From assembly GCA_009103225.1 (NCBI GenBank), contig RHPI01002955.1, positions 249,238-313,237 of the forward strand: 64,000 nucleotides of DNA, written 5' to 3'. Position 1 is the first letter of the stretch, and each line of letters begins with the position of its first letter. This DNA comes from Chlorokybus atmophyticus. Taxonomy: Eukaryota; Plantae; Mesostigma and Chlorokybus algae. The notes beneath the pieces are model-generated. The model saw nothing but the letters and a program-made list of their open reading frames with translations. It ran no database searches and was not told the DNA's origin. This document shows, piece after piece, positions 35,501 through 47,329 of this stretch. A program made the position numbers and the translations under genes.

Positions 35501-38486
35501 ACTTCTACAATCATCTTCACCTTGACAATTGGAGTCAACTTCTGTTATGGCAGTTGTAGTCCACTATGGTTAACATTGACTTTATGCTTTGACTTTGACC
35601 ATTAACTTTGACTTCAACTAGTGTTAATTGGTGTTGTCTTTAACTAGGGTTGACTAGTGTTGACTAGCACTCACTAATGTACTATATAAAACACTGGTTG
35701 TTGTGCAATACAATAAGATCCACTCTGCTCTATTTGTCAGCGCCACACTAGTGCGTGTGCATTGTTGCTGCTGTGCAATCTCAACAGCTGTGTGTGTGGA
35801 CTTCAACTCAGCATTGCCATATTTGGGCTCATCCAGTAATGCCATTACTGTAATTGGAGTAGCTGCAGCAACTGGTGCCACCCCCCTGTACACCGTGTTG
35901 GCATTTTCTCGCAATATGCTCACGAATGCAAGTGCCTAGTTGTACGTGAATGGACAACCCAGACCTGGTGACCTTGTCTGTGCCCAGAAGGGGTGTGGGC
36001 ACTAGTTGTTACAGATGTTGAGTGCCTACTCAACAGCCCAGCCTAGATATGGCCTAGCTCACAAGATATGGAACTCCAAGAGGGCTTGGCAAGCAATCGC
36101 ATGTGAGCATTGAGGATTAACATGCGTCCTAACGATTACAATGGTGTATGCAGCTGCCATTGAGCGCAGCCTACATGCACTCTATTAAAAACTAGTGTGC
36201 ATGTATGCGCCCTACCTCATACGCTAACATTAGGGGAACAACAAGTGCAATAGCATGTCAACAACAAAGAGAAGTATGTTCCTATTGCAGTTCCACCTGT
36301 ATGCGCCACATACAGTGACTTATATATTAAGCTAGTCAACATTAGAAGAGACTAGTCAACCCTAGTCAAAGTCAACTCCAGTCAACATTGGTCAACCCTA
36401 GTCAATTATCAAAGTCAAAGTTGACCGTAACTCTTGTAACTCCCGTAACTCCTGTTGACTGTAACTCCCATTGCGTAACCGCCGCACATGCTCCAAGTAA
36501 CATCAACAAGCTGAGTGTACTATAAGCATACTATACCAGCAAACCTCATATGCTTAACCTTCAACATGCACTATAAGCGTACTATACTAGCAAACCTCAT
36601 ATGCTTAACCTTCAACATTCTCACGCAGGCAGCTTGTTGTTCGCATCTGCATATCAGCATGCACAAGCTCCCACGCCTTCATTGCCTTCAAGTTGACTTG
36701 GAACTTCTCGCTCCAATACATAACGTTAGCACCTCGAGCTGCTCGCTCACATTGCTTGTCACCCTGCAAACTGCTCGCTTGCATATAGTATACCTTGAGC
36801 ACTATACCATGCTCGCAGAGTGTAACCTCCACGCTTCTCGCGCTCAGCTACTCCTCTCATATCCATGTTTAAGCATCACGCTCAATCATCATGCTGTTGA
36901 GCAGACAGCAACCACGCGCTCTTGGTACGCCCCGCAAGTACTTCACGCACTGCAACACTCCAATCCGAAATACACCAGGTCCCACGTATGAAAGACGCCT
37001 CCTCCACCAAGTACTACTCGCACTCGGCACCAAGCTAGATCCTCCCAGCTTTATTACAAGAAGATTGCCACCATCTCCTCCTCCTTCTCCAACCTACATC
37101 ATAGCCCTAGAGTGCAATTCTCTCACCCTTCTTGCTATTGGTGCTCGTGTTGGTGGACGTCTTCATTTGGGGACATTGATACTTGAAGTGACCACGCTCG
37201 CCGCAAGGCCAACACTCCTTGCCGCTACCATGAGTGCCTTTCTTTACCATAAAAGCCGTAGCGGCATCTGGTCTTTCTTCCCAACCTTCCTTTTGCAAGC
37301 GCTGCTTTTCTTGAAGAAGCCGTGGCATTTCGCCATCAAGTGTCAACTCCTCCGTTGCAGACGTCATAATGGTCACCACCACCATGTACTCCTTTGGCAA
37401 CCCTGAAAGCACAACCCACACCACTTTTTGCTCTTTTAACTCGTGCCCTACACCCAGCAAGTCCTTCCACAACGCCTTTGCACGCGCCACAAATTTTGTG
37501 ATTGGCTGTCCACTCTCCTTCCGCAATGCGTTCAGCTCTTGCCTCAACTGTAGCCTCCTCGCCATGTTGCGGGCTTTGAAGTGGCTCTCAAGCTTTGCCC
37601 AAAACTCCTTTGCACCTTTGCACTGTCTCACCATAATCAAGTTATGCTCAGCAACGTGCAAACCCAGCGATGCCAAAGCTTGCTTCCCTTCTTTCTCTCA
37701 GGTTGCCTCCTTTTCCGAAGGCACATCCTCCGCGGGGTCCACATACTTCCACATGTCCTTGTGTACCAGCAATAGCTCCATCTTTATGCTCCAGGTGCTA
37801 TAGTTGTCCACGTCCAGCGGCTCACTCATGATCTTCATGTTGTCCATGCTTCCTTGGCGTTGCTTGCCCTTCTGCTACACACAGAGCCCGCAACATACTC
37901 CCCTTAAGCAACCACAACTTCATACACGACCACAACACACTTACACTCAAAGCATGTGTGGGCCCATAACCTGTTAAGAACTAGTGTGCATGTATGCGCA
38001 CTACCTCATACATGCGCTAACACTAGGGGAACAAAAAGTGCAATAGCATGTCAACAACAAAGAGAAGTATGTCCTATTGCAGTTCCACCTGTATGTGTTA
38101 GATGTTATAGCTTGTTGAAAGTACATGTATAGGCGGCGCCTACATGTAGTTGGTACGATCAGTTTAACCTTTATAGTTACGAGAGTTACGAGAGTTACGA
38201 GAGTTATGGGAGTTACGGCAGTTATGGTCAACCATGGTCAACTTTGACTTTGACCGTTGACTTTAACCATTGACTAGTGTTGACTAGTGTTGACTTTGAC
38301 CAGAGGTGACTAGAGTTGACTAGTGCTTAGTAGCATAGTATATAAGACACTGTATACTGCTTAATACAGTGGGTCGCACATTGTCTCTATAGTTGGCGTG
38401 CTTGCTGCACTTGTCCTTGGTGTGTGCACACTTGTATGTAGGAGGCAAATACACACACACACTAGGCGCATCACTAGTTCTCAACA

Positions 38487-38500
38487 GGTTATGGGCCCAC
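38487..38500 (+). promoter_or_regulatory. Half-tRNA-iMet primer binding site
   Basis: GGTTATGGGCCCAC complements the anticodon arm of initiator tRNA, the priming mode of Drosophila copia and Volvox Osser. Also at 31540, 37958, 44053, 45070 and 48936. Confidence 0.85.
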
Positions 38501-38608
38501 ACTCGCTTGTGTGATTGCTTGTGCTAGTGAGAGAGAGTGTTGAGCATAGGCGCCTACTAGTAGAGTGTTCTTGGGGAGAGGGTGAGTTGTACTATTGTGT
38601 AGCAAGCA

Positions 38609-39394
38609 ATGGCTGACACAGATAGGATGCCCATCGAGTCCCTTGATCTGCACAACTACGCTTCATGGTCACTGAAGATGAAGTTGGTGCTGATCCGCAA
38701 GAAGCTCTGGAGTTTTGTCGATCCCACCTCCTCCACATCGTTGCGGCCAAGAACAGGTGACACTGGTACCTGGACAGAGAACTCACAATCAGCTTTTGCG
38801 CTGATAGGCTTGCACGTCAAAGACGTCCATCTCCCTCTTATTGCGGATTGCAAGACTGGACGTAAGGCGTGGGAGGTCTTCGACACCCTCTTCAAGGCCA
38901 ATAGCAACTCGCACAAGTTGCAGCTGAGACGCAAGCTGACACTTTTGAAGATGGAGCACAAAGAGCCAATCCAGAAGTACATATCACGTGCAAGGGAGCT
39001 TTGGCAAAACCTTGCAGCAGTGGGCCACGATGTGAAGGAAGAGGAGGTGATGTGGGCAGTCTTAGCTGGCTTAGAAAAGAGCTTTGCTACGCTAGTGACT
39101 GTGTTGGAGTCCTCAGATGTGGTTTTAAAGTTTGCTGATGTAGTGCCTAAGCTGCTAGCTGTGGAAGGCAAGTTGGATGTTCAGGAGATAGAGAATGGTG
39201 GAGAACCTATTGCACTTTCCGCCTCATCTTCTCAACACACACGAAGCAGGAGCAAAGTAGGTGGTGGGAAGCCATCACGTGACAAAGAGTGTCACTACTG
39301 CAAAATGAAGGGCCACTTCATTCGCGAGTGCCAGAAGAGGATCCACGATGAGGCAACCAAGGAGGAGCACGCCACGATGGCGATTGCTTTCTAG
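38609..39394 (+). CDS. gag: Copia-type Gag, 261 aa, intact
   Basis: LDLHNYASWSLKMKLVL N-terminus, UBN2-like core (KLQLRRKLTLLKM), CHYCKMKGHFIREC knuckle. Confidence 0.92.
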   Translation: MADTDRMPIESLDLHNYASWSLKMKLVLIRKKLWSFVDPTSSTSLRPRTGDTGTWTENSQSAFALIGLHVKDVHLPLIADCKTGRKAWEVFDTLFKANSNSHKLQLRRKLTLLKMEHKEPIQKYISRARELWQNLAAVGHDVKEEEVMWAVLAGLEKSFATLVTVLESSDVVLKFADVVPKLLAVEGKLDVQEIENGGEPIALSASSSQHTRSRSKVGGGKPSRDKECHYCKMKGHFIRECQKRIHDEATKEEHATMAIAF

Positions 39395-40679
39395 CATTGG
39401 TGAGGACCTCAAGGAGTTGCAGTGGATGGTGTTTGTCCGTCCTCTCCCACTGCAAGGGCGCGTGAAGGACATGCGTAGACGGAGGTCGCAGACACAAAGG
39501 TCTGTGACAGTTACTGCTAGCCTATGAGTAGTTGCTGGTATTGAGCTACATACACTAGAGGTTGCATTGCTTTGGAGTTGTTTCTTTTGGTAGCACACAG
39601 GTGTGCGTTACTAGTTAGAACACTTCATTTGATTGGCATGCAAGGACTAAGTTGTATAGCTAGCTAACAGGAGATGGGAGGGGTGCTTTCCTTGGTAGAA
39701 GGGTCTGATCAACCCTTGCACGGCCTACACTCTAGTACAGCATTGCTAAGGTAGAGAACTCAGTGTATTTTATAGCATAGTTTGCCATTAAGGGAGTCTT
39801 CGAAACCACCTGAGCAAGGTCAGGCGTGGCGTGGTGGAACCTGATGCGACAACTATGAGGAGGAAACAAGGAGTATTGGAACCTTGTAGTCTTGCTGGCA
39901 GCACGAGGAGAACGATGGTGTCATGGAGACAAGCATCAAGTCCGTGGGAGCAACACATCCGTGGGAGTGTTCAAAGGAGTAAGTTACTGTGGGTAAGCTT
40001 GCTAGAAGATCTCGAAGTTCAAGGTCAAGCTGCTCGCGTGGGAGTGTTAGATGTTATAGCTTGTTGAAAGTACATGTATAGGCGGCGCCTACATGTAGTT
40101 GGTACGATCAGCTTAACCTTTATAGTTACGGGAGTTACGAGAGTTACGAGAGTTACGTGAGTTATGGGAGTTACGGCAGTTATGGTCAACCATGGTCAAC
40201 TTTGACTTTGACCGTTGACTTTGACCATTAACTAGTGTTGACTAGTGTTGACTTTGACCAGAGGTGACTAGAGTTGACTAGTGCTTAGTAGCATAGTATA
40301 TAAGACACTGTATACTGTTTAATACAGTGGGTCGCACATTGTCTCTATAGTTGGCGTGCTTGCTGCACTTGTCCTTGGTGTGTGCACACTTGTATGTAGG
40401 AGGCAAATACACACACACACTAGGCGCATCACTAGTTCTCAACAGTATGCGCCACATACAATGACTTATATACTAAGCTAGTCAACACTAAAAAAGACTA
40501 GTCAACCCTAGTCAAAGTCAACTCCAGTCAACACTAGTCAATGGTCAAAGTTAACCCTAGTCAACCCTAGTCAATGGTCAAAGTCAAAGTTGACCGTAAC
40601 TCTCGTAACTCCCGTAACTCCTGTTGGCTGTAACTCCCATTGCATAACCGCCGCACATGATCCAAGTAACATGCACACA

Positions 40680-42090
40680 TTAAGGCCCAGTGCAGCAAGC
40701 ACGCCAACCATAGAGACAACGTGCGACCCACTGTATCAAACAGTATACAATGTCTTATATACTATGGTACTAAGCACTAGTCAACTCTAGTCAACTCTGG
40801 TCAAAGTCATCACTAGTCAACACTAATCAATGGTCAAAGTCAATGGTCAAAGTCAAAGTTAATTATGGTTGAACATAACTGCCGTAACTCCCATAACTTT
40901 CGTAACTCCCGTAACAATAAAGGTTAAGCTGATCGTACCAACTACGTGTAGGCGCCGCCTATACATGTGCTTTCAACAAGCTATAACATTCAACCCTCCC
41001 ACGCGAGCAGCTTGACCTTGAACTCCAAGTTCTTCTCGCAAGCTTACCCATATTAACATACTCCATTGAACACTCCCACGGATGTGTTGCTTTTCCTCGT
41101 GCTGCCAGCAAGACTACAAGGTTCCAATACTCCTTATTTCCTCCTCATAGTTGTCGCATCAGGTTCCACCACGCCACGCCTGACCTTGCTCAGGTGGTTT
41201 CAAAGACTCTCTCAATGGCAAACTATGCTATAAACTACACTGAGTTCTCTACCTTAGCAATGCTGTACCAGAGTGTAGGCCGTGCAAGGGTTGATCAGAC
41301 CCTTCTACCAAGGAAAGCACCCCTCCCATCTCCTGTTAGCTAGCTATACAACTCAGTCCTTGCATGCCAACCAAATGAAGTGTTCTAACTAGTACCGCAC
41401 ACCTGTGTGCTACCAAAAAAAACGACTCCACAGCAATGCAACCTCTAGTGTATGTAGCTCAACACCAGCAACTACTCATAGGCTAGCAGTAACTCTCACA
41501 GACCTTTGTGTCTGCGACCTCCGTCTACGCATGTCCTTCACGCGCCCTTGCAGTGGGAGACGACGGACGAACACCATCCACTGCAACTCCTTGAGGTCCT
41601 TACCAATGCTAGAAAGCAATCGCCATCATGGCGTGCATCTTCTTGGTTGCCTCATCGTGGATCCCTTTCTGGCATTCGCGAATGAAGTGGCCCTTCATCT
41701 TGCAGTAGTGACACTCTTTGCCACGTGTTGGCTTCCCACCACCTGCTTTACTCCTGCTTCGTGTGTGTTGAGAAGATGAGGCGGCAAGTGCGATAGGTTC
41801 TCCACCATTCTCTATCTCCTGACCATCCAACTTGCCTTCCACAGCTAGCAGCTTAGGCACTACATCAGCAAACTTCAAAACTACATCTGAGGACCCTAAT
41901 ACAGTCACTAGCGTAGCAAAGCTCTTTCCTAAGCCAGCTAAGACTGCCCACAGGACCTCCTCTTCCTTCACGTCGTGGCCCACTGCTGCAAGGTCTTGCC
42001 AAAGCTCCCTTGCACGCGAGATGTACTTTTGGATTGGCTCTTTGTGCTCCATCTTTAGAAGTGTCAGCTTGCGTCTCAGCTGCAACTTGT
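40680..42090 (-). mobile_element. Truncated gag-only family A copy
   Basis: Partial 3' LTR, 3' UTR and gag C-terminal half (41609-42085). Confidence 0.85.
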
Positions 42091-42164
42091 GCGGCGGTTA
42101 CGCTATGGGAGTTACAATCAACAGGAGTTATGGGAGTTACGAGAGTTATGGTCAACTTTGTCTT

Positions 42165-44465
42165 TGTTGAGAACTAGTGATGCGCCTAGTGTGTGTGTGT
42201 TTGCCTCCTACATACAAGTGTGCACACACTAAGGACAAGTGCAGAAAGCACGCCAACTATAGAGACAATGTGCGACCCACTGTATTAAGCAGTATACAGT
42301 GTCTTATATACTATGCTACTAAGTACTAGTCAACTCTAGTCAACTCTAGTCAAAGTCAGCACTGGTCAACACTGGTCAATGGTCAAAGTCAACGGTTAAA
42401 GTCAAAGTTGACCATGGTTGACCATAACTGCCATAACTGCCGTAACTTTCATAACTCCCGTAACTATAAAGGTTAAGCTGATCGTACCAACTACATGTAG
42501 GCGCCGCCTATACATGTACTTTCAACAAGCTATAACATTTAACACTCCCACGCGAGCAGCTTGACCTTGAACTCCAAGTTGTTCTCGCAAGCTTATGTGT
42601 TGCTCCCACGGACTTGATGCTTGTCTCCATAACACCATCTGTCTTCTCGTGCTGCCAGCAGGACTACAAGGTTCCAATACTCCTTATTTCCTCCTCATAG
42701 TTGTCGCATCAGGTTCCACCACGCCACGCCTGACCTTGCTCAGGTGGTTTTGAAGACTCCCTTGATGGCAAACTATGCTATAAACTACACTGATTTCTCT
42801 ACCTTAGCAATGCTGTACCAGAGTGTAGGCCGTGCAAGGGTTGAATAGACCCTTCTACCAAGGAAAGCACCCCTCCCATCTCCTGTTAGCTAGCTATACA
42901 ACTCAGTCCTTGCATGCCAACCAAATGAAGTGTTCTAACTAGTACCGCACACCTGTGTGCTACCAAAAAAAACAACTCCACAGCAATGCAACCTCTAGTG
43001 TATGTAGCTCAACACCAGCAACTACTCATAGGCTAGCAGTAACTCTCACAGACCTTTGTGTCTGCGACCTCCGTCTACGCATGTCCTTCACGCGCCCTTG
43101 CAGTGGGAGAGGACGGACGAACACCATCCACTGCAACTTCTTGAGGTCCTCACCAATGCTAGAAAGCAGTCGCCATCGTGGCGTGCTCCTCCTTGGTTGC
43201 CTTATCGTGGATCCTCTTCTGGCATTCGCGAATGAAGTGGCCCTTCATCTTGCAGTAGTGACACTCTTTGTCACGTGATGGCTTCCCACCACCTGCTTTG
43301 CTCCTGCTTCGTGTGTGTTGAGAAGATAAGGCAGCAAGTGCGATAGGTTCTCCACCATTCTCTATCTCCTGAACATCCAACTTGCCTTTCACAGCTAGCA
43401 GCTTAGGCACTACATCAGCAAACTTCAAAACCACATCTGAGGATTCCAACACAGTCACTAACGTAGCAAAGCTCTTTCCTAAGCCAGCTAAGACTGCCCA
43501 CATCACCTCCTCTTCCTTCACATCGTGGCCCACTGCTGCAAGGTCTTGCCAAAGCTCCCTTGCATGTGAGATGTACTTCAGGATTGGCTCTTTGTGCTCC
43601 ATCTTCAGAAGTGTCAGCTTGCGTCTCAGCTGCAACTTGCGCGAGTTGCTGTTGGCCTTGAAGAGGGTGTCGAGGACCTCCCACACCTCACGTCCAGTCT
43701 TGCAATCCGCAATAAGAGAGAGATGGAAGTCTTTGGCGTGCAAGCCTATCAGCGCAAAAGCTGATTGTGAGTTTTCTGTCCAGATACCACTGTCACCTGT
43801 TCTTGGTCGCAATGATGTGGAGGAGGTGGGATCGACAAAACTCCAGAGCTTCTTGCGGATCAGCACCAACTTCATCTTCAGCGACGATGAAGCGTAGTTG
43901 TGCAGATCAAGGGACTCAATGGGCATCCTATTTGTATCAGCCATTGCTTGCTACACAATAGTACAATACACCCTCTCCCCAAGAACACTCTACTACTAGG
44001 CGCCTATGCTCAACACTTTCTCTCACTAGCACAAGCGATCACACAAGCGAGTGTGGGCCCATAACCTGTTGAGAACTAGCGATGCGCCTAGAGTGTGTGT
44101 ATTTGCCTCTTACATACAAGTGTGCACACATTAAGGACAAGTGCAGCAAGCATGCCAACTATAGAGACAATGTGCGACCCACTGTATCAAGCAGTATACA
44201 ATGTCTTATATACTATGCTACTACGTACTAGTCAACTCTAGTCAACTTTAGTCAAAGTCAACACTAGTCAACACTAGTCAACACTAGCCAATGGTCAAAG
44301 TCAACGGTCAAAGTCAAAGTTGACCACGGTTGACCATAACTGCCGTAACTGCCGTAACTCTCCTAACTCTCGTAACTCCTGTAATTGTAAAGGTTAAGCT
44401 GATTGTACCAACTACATGTAGGCGCCACCTATACATGTACTTTCAACAAGCTATAACATTTAATA
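42165..44465 (-). mobile_element. Gag-only family A element with two LTRs
   Basis: LTRs 42165-42544 and 44067-44465, PBS 44053-44066. No matching TSD, so the left junction may be rearranged. Confidence 0.9.
43159..43944 (-). CDS. gag: Copia-type Gag, 261 aa, intact
   Basis: Same length as, and highly similar to, 38609-39394. Confidence 0.92.
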   Translation of the reverse strand: MADTNRMPIESLDLHNYASSSLKMKLVLIRKKLWSFVDPTSSTSLRPRTGDSGIWTENSQSAFALIGLHAKDFHLSLIADCKTGREVWEVLDTLFKANSNSRKLQLRRKLTLLKMEHKEPILKYISHARELWQDLAAVGHDVKEEEVMWAVLAGLGKSFATLVTVLESSDVVLKFADVVPKLLAVKGKLDVQEIENGGEPIALAALSSQHTRSRSKAGGGKPSRDKECHYCKMKGHFIRECQKRIHDKATKEEHATMATAF

Positions 44466-45408
44466 GTGATGGCCTCGAGGGTGAGCTCCTCACTGGTTGA
44501 CTCCATGATGGTGACAGTCATCTCGAACTCCTTGAGTGAGCCAGCAAGGATGACCCAGACTACCTCCACCTCCTTCACTTCATGTCCAATGGCAAGCAAG
44601 TCGTCCCACAGCTGCCTGGCTTGTGAGATGAACTTGATGACAGGTTCAGCAACATCCTTCCTCAAAGCATTTAACTGCTTCCTCAAGTGCAACTTCCTAG
44701 CATTGTTCTTAGCCTTGTAAACCTCAGCAAACTTTCTGCCACAACTCTCTAGCAGACTTGCAACGTGCAACAAGCGCTAAATGATGCTGTACCACATTCA
44801 ATCCTATCAACGCAAGTGCCTGATTGGACTTTTTCTCTGTGGGTGCGTCCTCCAAGTCGAGAGGGCGCTCCGTGGGATCCACCACCGACCATAAATCCTT
44901 ATGCATGAGTAGCATCTGCATCCGGATGCTCCATGTCCCATAGTTGTCGAGGTCCAGTGGCTCAATGTTGACCTTGTCATAGCTGGTCGCCATGCTTCCT
45001 TTGCTAGCCTGCAATGAAGACGGCGCCTCCCCAAGCTACACCACCTTGTACTTGCTATGCTAGCGCCAGTGTGGGCGCATAACCTATCGAGATTACACAG
45101 TAGCAACAATAACAAGCACAAGTGTGGCGCTGATAATAGAGCAGAGTGGATCTTACTGTATTGCACAACATACAGTGTCTTATATAGTATACTAGTGAGT
45201 GCTAGTCAACACTAGTCAACGCTAGTCAAAGTCAACACTAGTCAACACTAGTCAACGGTCAAAGTCAAAGTCAATGGTCAAAGTCAAAGGTCAAAGTCAA
45301 TGTTGACCATAGTGGACTGTAACTCCCATAACGGCAGTTGACCGTAACTCCCAAGGTGAAGATGATTGTAGAAGGTTAGCTAAGGCGCCTAGCAAAGTAC
45401 CTTTAACA
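44466..45408 (-). mobile_element. Copia family C 5' LTR (45085-45408) and partial gag
   Basis: EPLDLDNYGTWSIRMQMLL; PBS variant at 45070-45083; LTR matches 35468-35786. Confidence 0.85.
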
Positions 45409-45413
45409 GTAGG

Positions 45414-47066
45414 TTGCGAGCTCTGTGTGTAGCAGAAGGGCAACCAACGCCAATGAAGCATGATCAACATGAAGATCACAATCGAGCCGCTGGACGTGGA
45501 TGACTACAGCACCTGGAGCATCAAGATGGAGCTGTTGCTGGTACACAAGGACATGTGGAAGTATGTGGACCCCGCGGAGGATGTGCCTTCGGGAAAGGAG
45601 GCAACCTTGGAGAAAAAAGGGAAGAAAGCTTTGGCATTGCTGGGTTTGCACGTTGCTGAGCATCACTTGACTATGATGAGAGAGTGCAAAGGTGCAAAGG
45701 AGTTTTGGGCAAGCCGTGGCGCGTGCAATTTGTGGCGCGTGCAAAGGCGTTGTGGAAGGACTTGCTGGGTGTAGGGCACGAGTTGAAAGAGCAAAATGTG
45801 GTGTGGGTTGTGCTTTCAGGGTTGCCAAAGGAGTACATGGTGGTGGTGACCGTTATGGAGTCTGCAGCGGAGGAGTTGACACTTAATGGCGTAATACCAC
45901 AGCTTCTTTTGAAAGAGCAGCGCTTGCAGCAGGAAGGTTGGGAAGAAAGACCAGATGCAGCTACGGCTTTTATAATAAAGAAAGGCACTCATGGTAGCGG
46001 CAAGGAGTGTTGGCGTTGCGGCGAGCGTGGTCACTTCAAGTATCAATGTCCTCAAATGAAGATGTCCACCTCCGGGAGCACCAATAGCAAGAAGGGTGAG
46101 AGAATTGCACTCTAGGGCTATGATGTAGGTTGGAGAAGGAGGAGGAGATGGTGGCAATCTTCTTGTAATAAAGCTGGGAGGATCCAGCTTGGTGCCGAGT
46201 GCGAGTAGTACTTGGTGGAGGAGGCGTCCTTCATACGTGGGAGCTGGTGTATTTCAGCTTGGAGTGTTGCGGTGCGTGAAGTACTTGCGGGGCGTGCCAA
46301 GAGCGCGTGGTTGCTGTCTACTCAACAGCATGGTGTTTGAGCGTGATGCTTGAACATGGATATGAGAGGAGTAGCTGAGCGCGAGAAGCGTGGAGGTTAC
46401 ACTCTGCGAGCATGGTATAGTGCTCAAGGTATACTATATGCAAGCGAGCAGTTTGCAGGGTGATGAGCATTGGGAGCGAGCAGCTCGAGGTGCTAGCATC
46501 ATATATTGGAGCGAGAAGTTTCAAGTCAACTTGAAGGCGATGAAGGCGTGGGAGCTTGTGCATGCTGATATGCAGATGCGGACAAAAAGCTGCTTGCGTG
46601 GGAGTGTTGAAGGTTAAGCATATGAGGTTTGCTAGTATAGCATGCTTATAGTACATGTTGAAGGTTAAGCATATGAGGTTTGCTAGTATAGTATGCTTAT
46701 AGTACAGTCAGCTTGTGGATGTTACTTGGAGCATGTGCGGCGGTTACGTAATGGGAGTTACAGTCAACAAGAGTTACGGGAGTTGTGAGAGTTACGGTCA
46801 ACTTTGACTTTGACCATTGATTAGGGTTGACTAGGGTCGACTTTGACCGTTAACTAGTGTTGATTATAGTGAACTTTGACTAGGGTTGACTAGTCTTTTC
46901 TAGTGTTGACTAGCTTAGTATATAAGTCATTGTATGTGGCGCATACAGGTGGAATTGCAATAGGAACATACTTCTCTTTGCTGTTGACATGCTATTGCAC
47001 TTGTTGTTCCCCTAGTGTTAGCACATGCATGAGGTAGGGCGCATACATGCACACTAGTTCTTAACA
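45414..47066 (+). mobile_element. Gag-only family B copy lacking its 5' LTR
   Basis: Gag 45460-46115 with frameshift near 45715 (CWRCGERGHFKYQC); PPT GTGGGAG; 3' LTR 46605-47066. Confidence 0.87.
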
Positions 47067-47329
47067 GGGTTGACTAGTGTTTGTGAATGCTAGTCAACAG
47101 ACTAGCATTCACTGGTGTACCACAAAACACTGTATGTTGTGCAATTCAGTTAGATCCACTCTGCTCTACTTGTTAGCGCCACATTAGTGCGTGTGCATTG
47201 TTGCTACTGTGCAATCTCAACAACGTGCATCATACACAACGCCGCTGTGCCATATGGCACCGTGCGCAATTTGGAGAACACAGCCATCCTGGCGGCGGGG
47301 GAGGACCCCACGCGTTTTTGCACATGAGC

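Larger units (their letters stand above)
28782..35786 (+). mobile_element. Full-length degenerate Ty1/Copia element (family C)
   Basis: LTRs 28782-29070 and 35468-35786, TSD ACTGT/GCTGT. Gag remnant 29070-29610; integrase (VHMDMCGP, RSDR) ~32700-33700 lies before RT (PVKWVYK, VYMDDIVL) ~33950-34900 and RH (KAEYMG, CDNQGA, KHVD) 35000-35450, which is Copia domain order. Confidence 0.9.
28655..36175 (+). pseudogene. DIRS methyltransferase-region remnant (28655-28781 and 35787-36175) split by a Copia insertion
   Basis: Both flanks align with 26570-27080 and join at GCCAACACTGT|GTGTGTGGAC. Confidence 0.75.
38096..40444 (+). mobile_element. Gag-only Copia family A element (TR-GAG-like), intact
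   Basis: LTRs 38096-38486 and 40045-40444, TSD GTATG, PBS 38487-38500, PPT GTGGGAG, single ORF. Confidence 0.96.
36183..40668 (-). mobile_element. Gag-only Copia family B element whose 5' LTR is split by a family A insertion
   Basis: 3' LTR 36183-36617; gag 37107-37847 (EPLDVDNYSTWSIKM...CWPCGERGHFKYQC, one stop); PBS 37958-37971; 5' LTR 37972-38095 plus 40450-40668; no pol. Confidence 0.88.

Noticed and set aside
38200-38340. CRISPR-like array from GTTGAC/ACTAGT repeats
   Set aside because: Short degenerate units without unique spacers, inside eukaryotic LTRs; no cas genes.
38656-39171. Conserved antisense ORF opposite gag (also 43382-43897 and 30872-31072)
   Set aside because: Ser/Thr/Leu-rich shadow frame expected from gag codon usage; repeated only because the element is repeated.
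42165-44465. Independent insertion with TSD
   Set aside because: Flanks GTCTT and GTGAT do not match, so it is not counted as a TSD-proven event.
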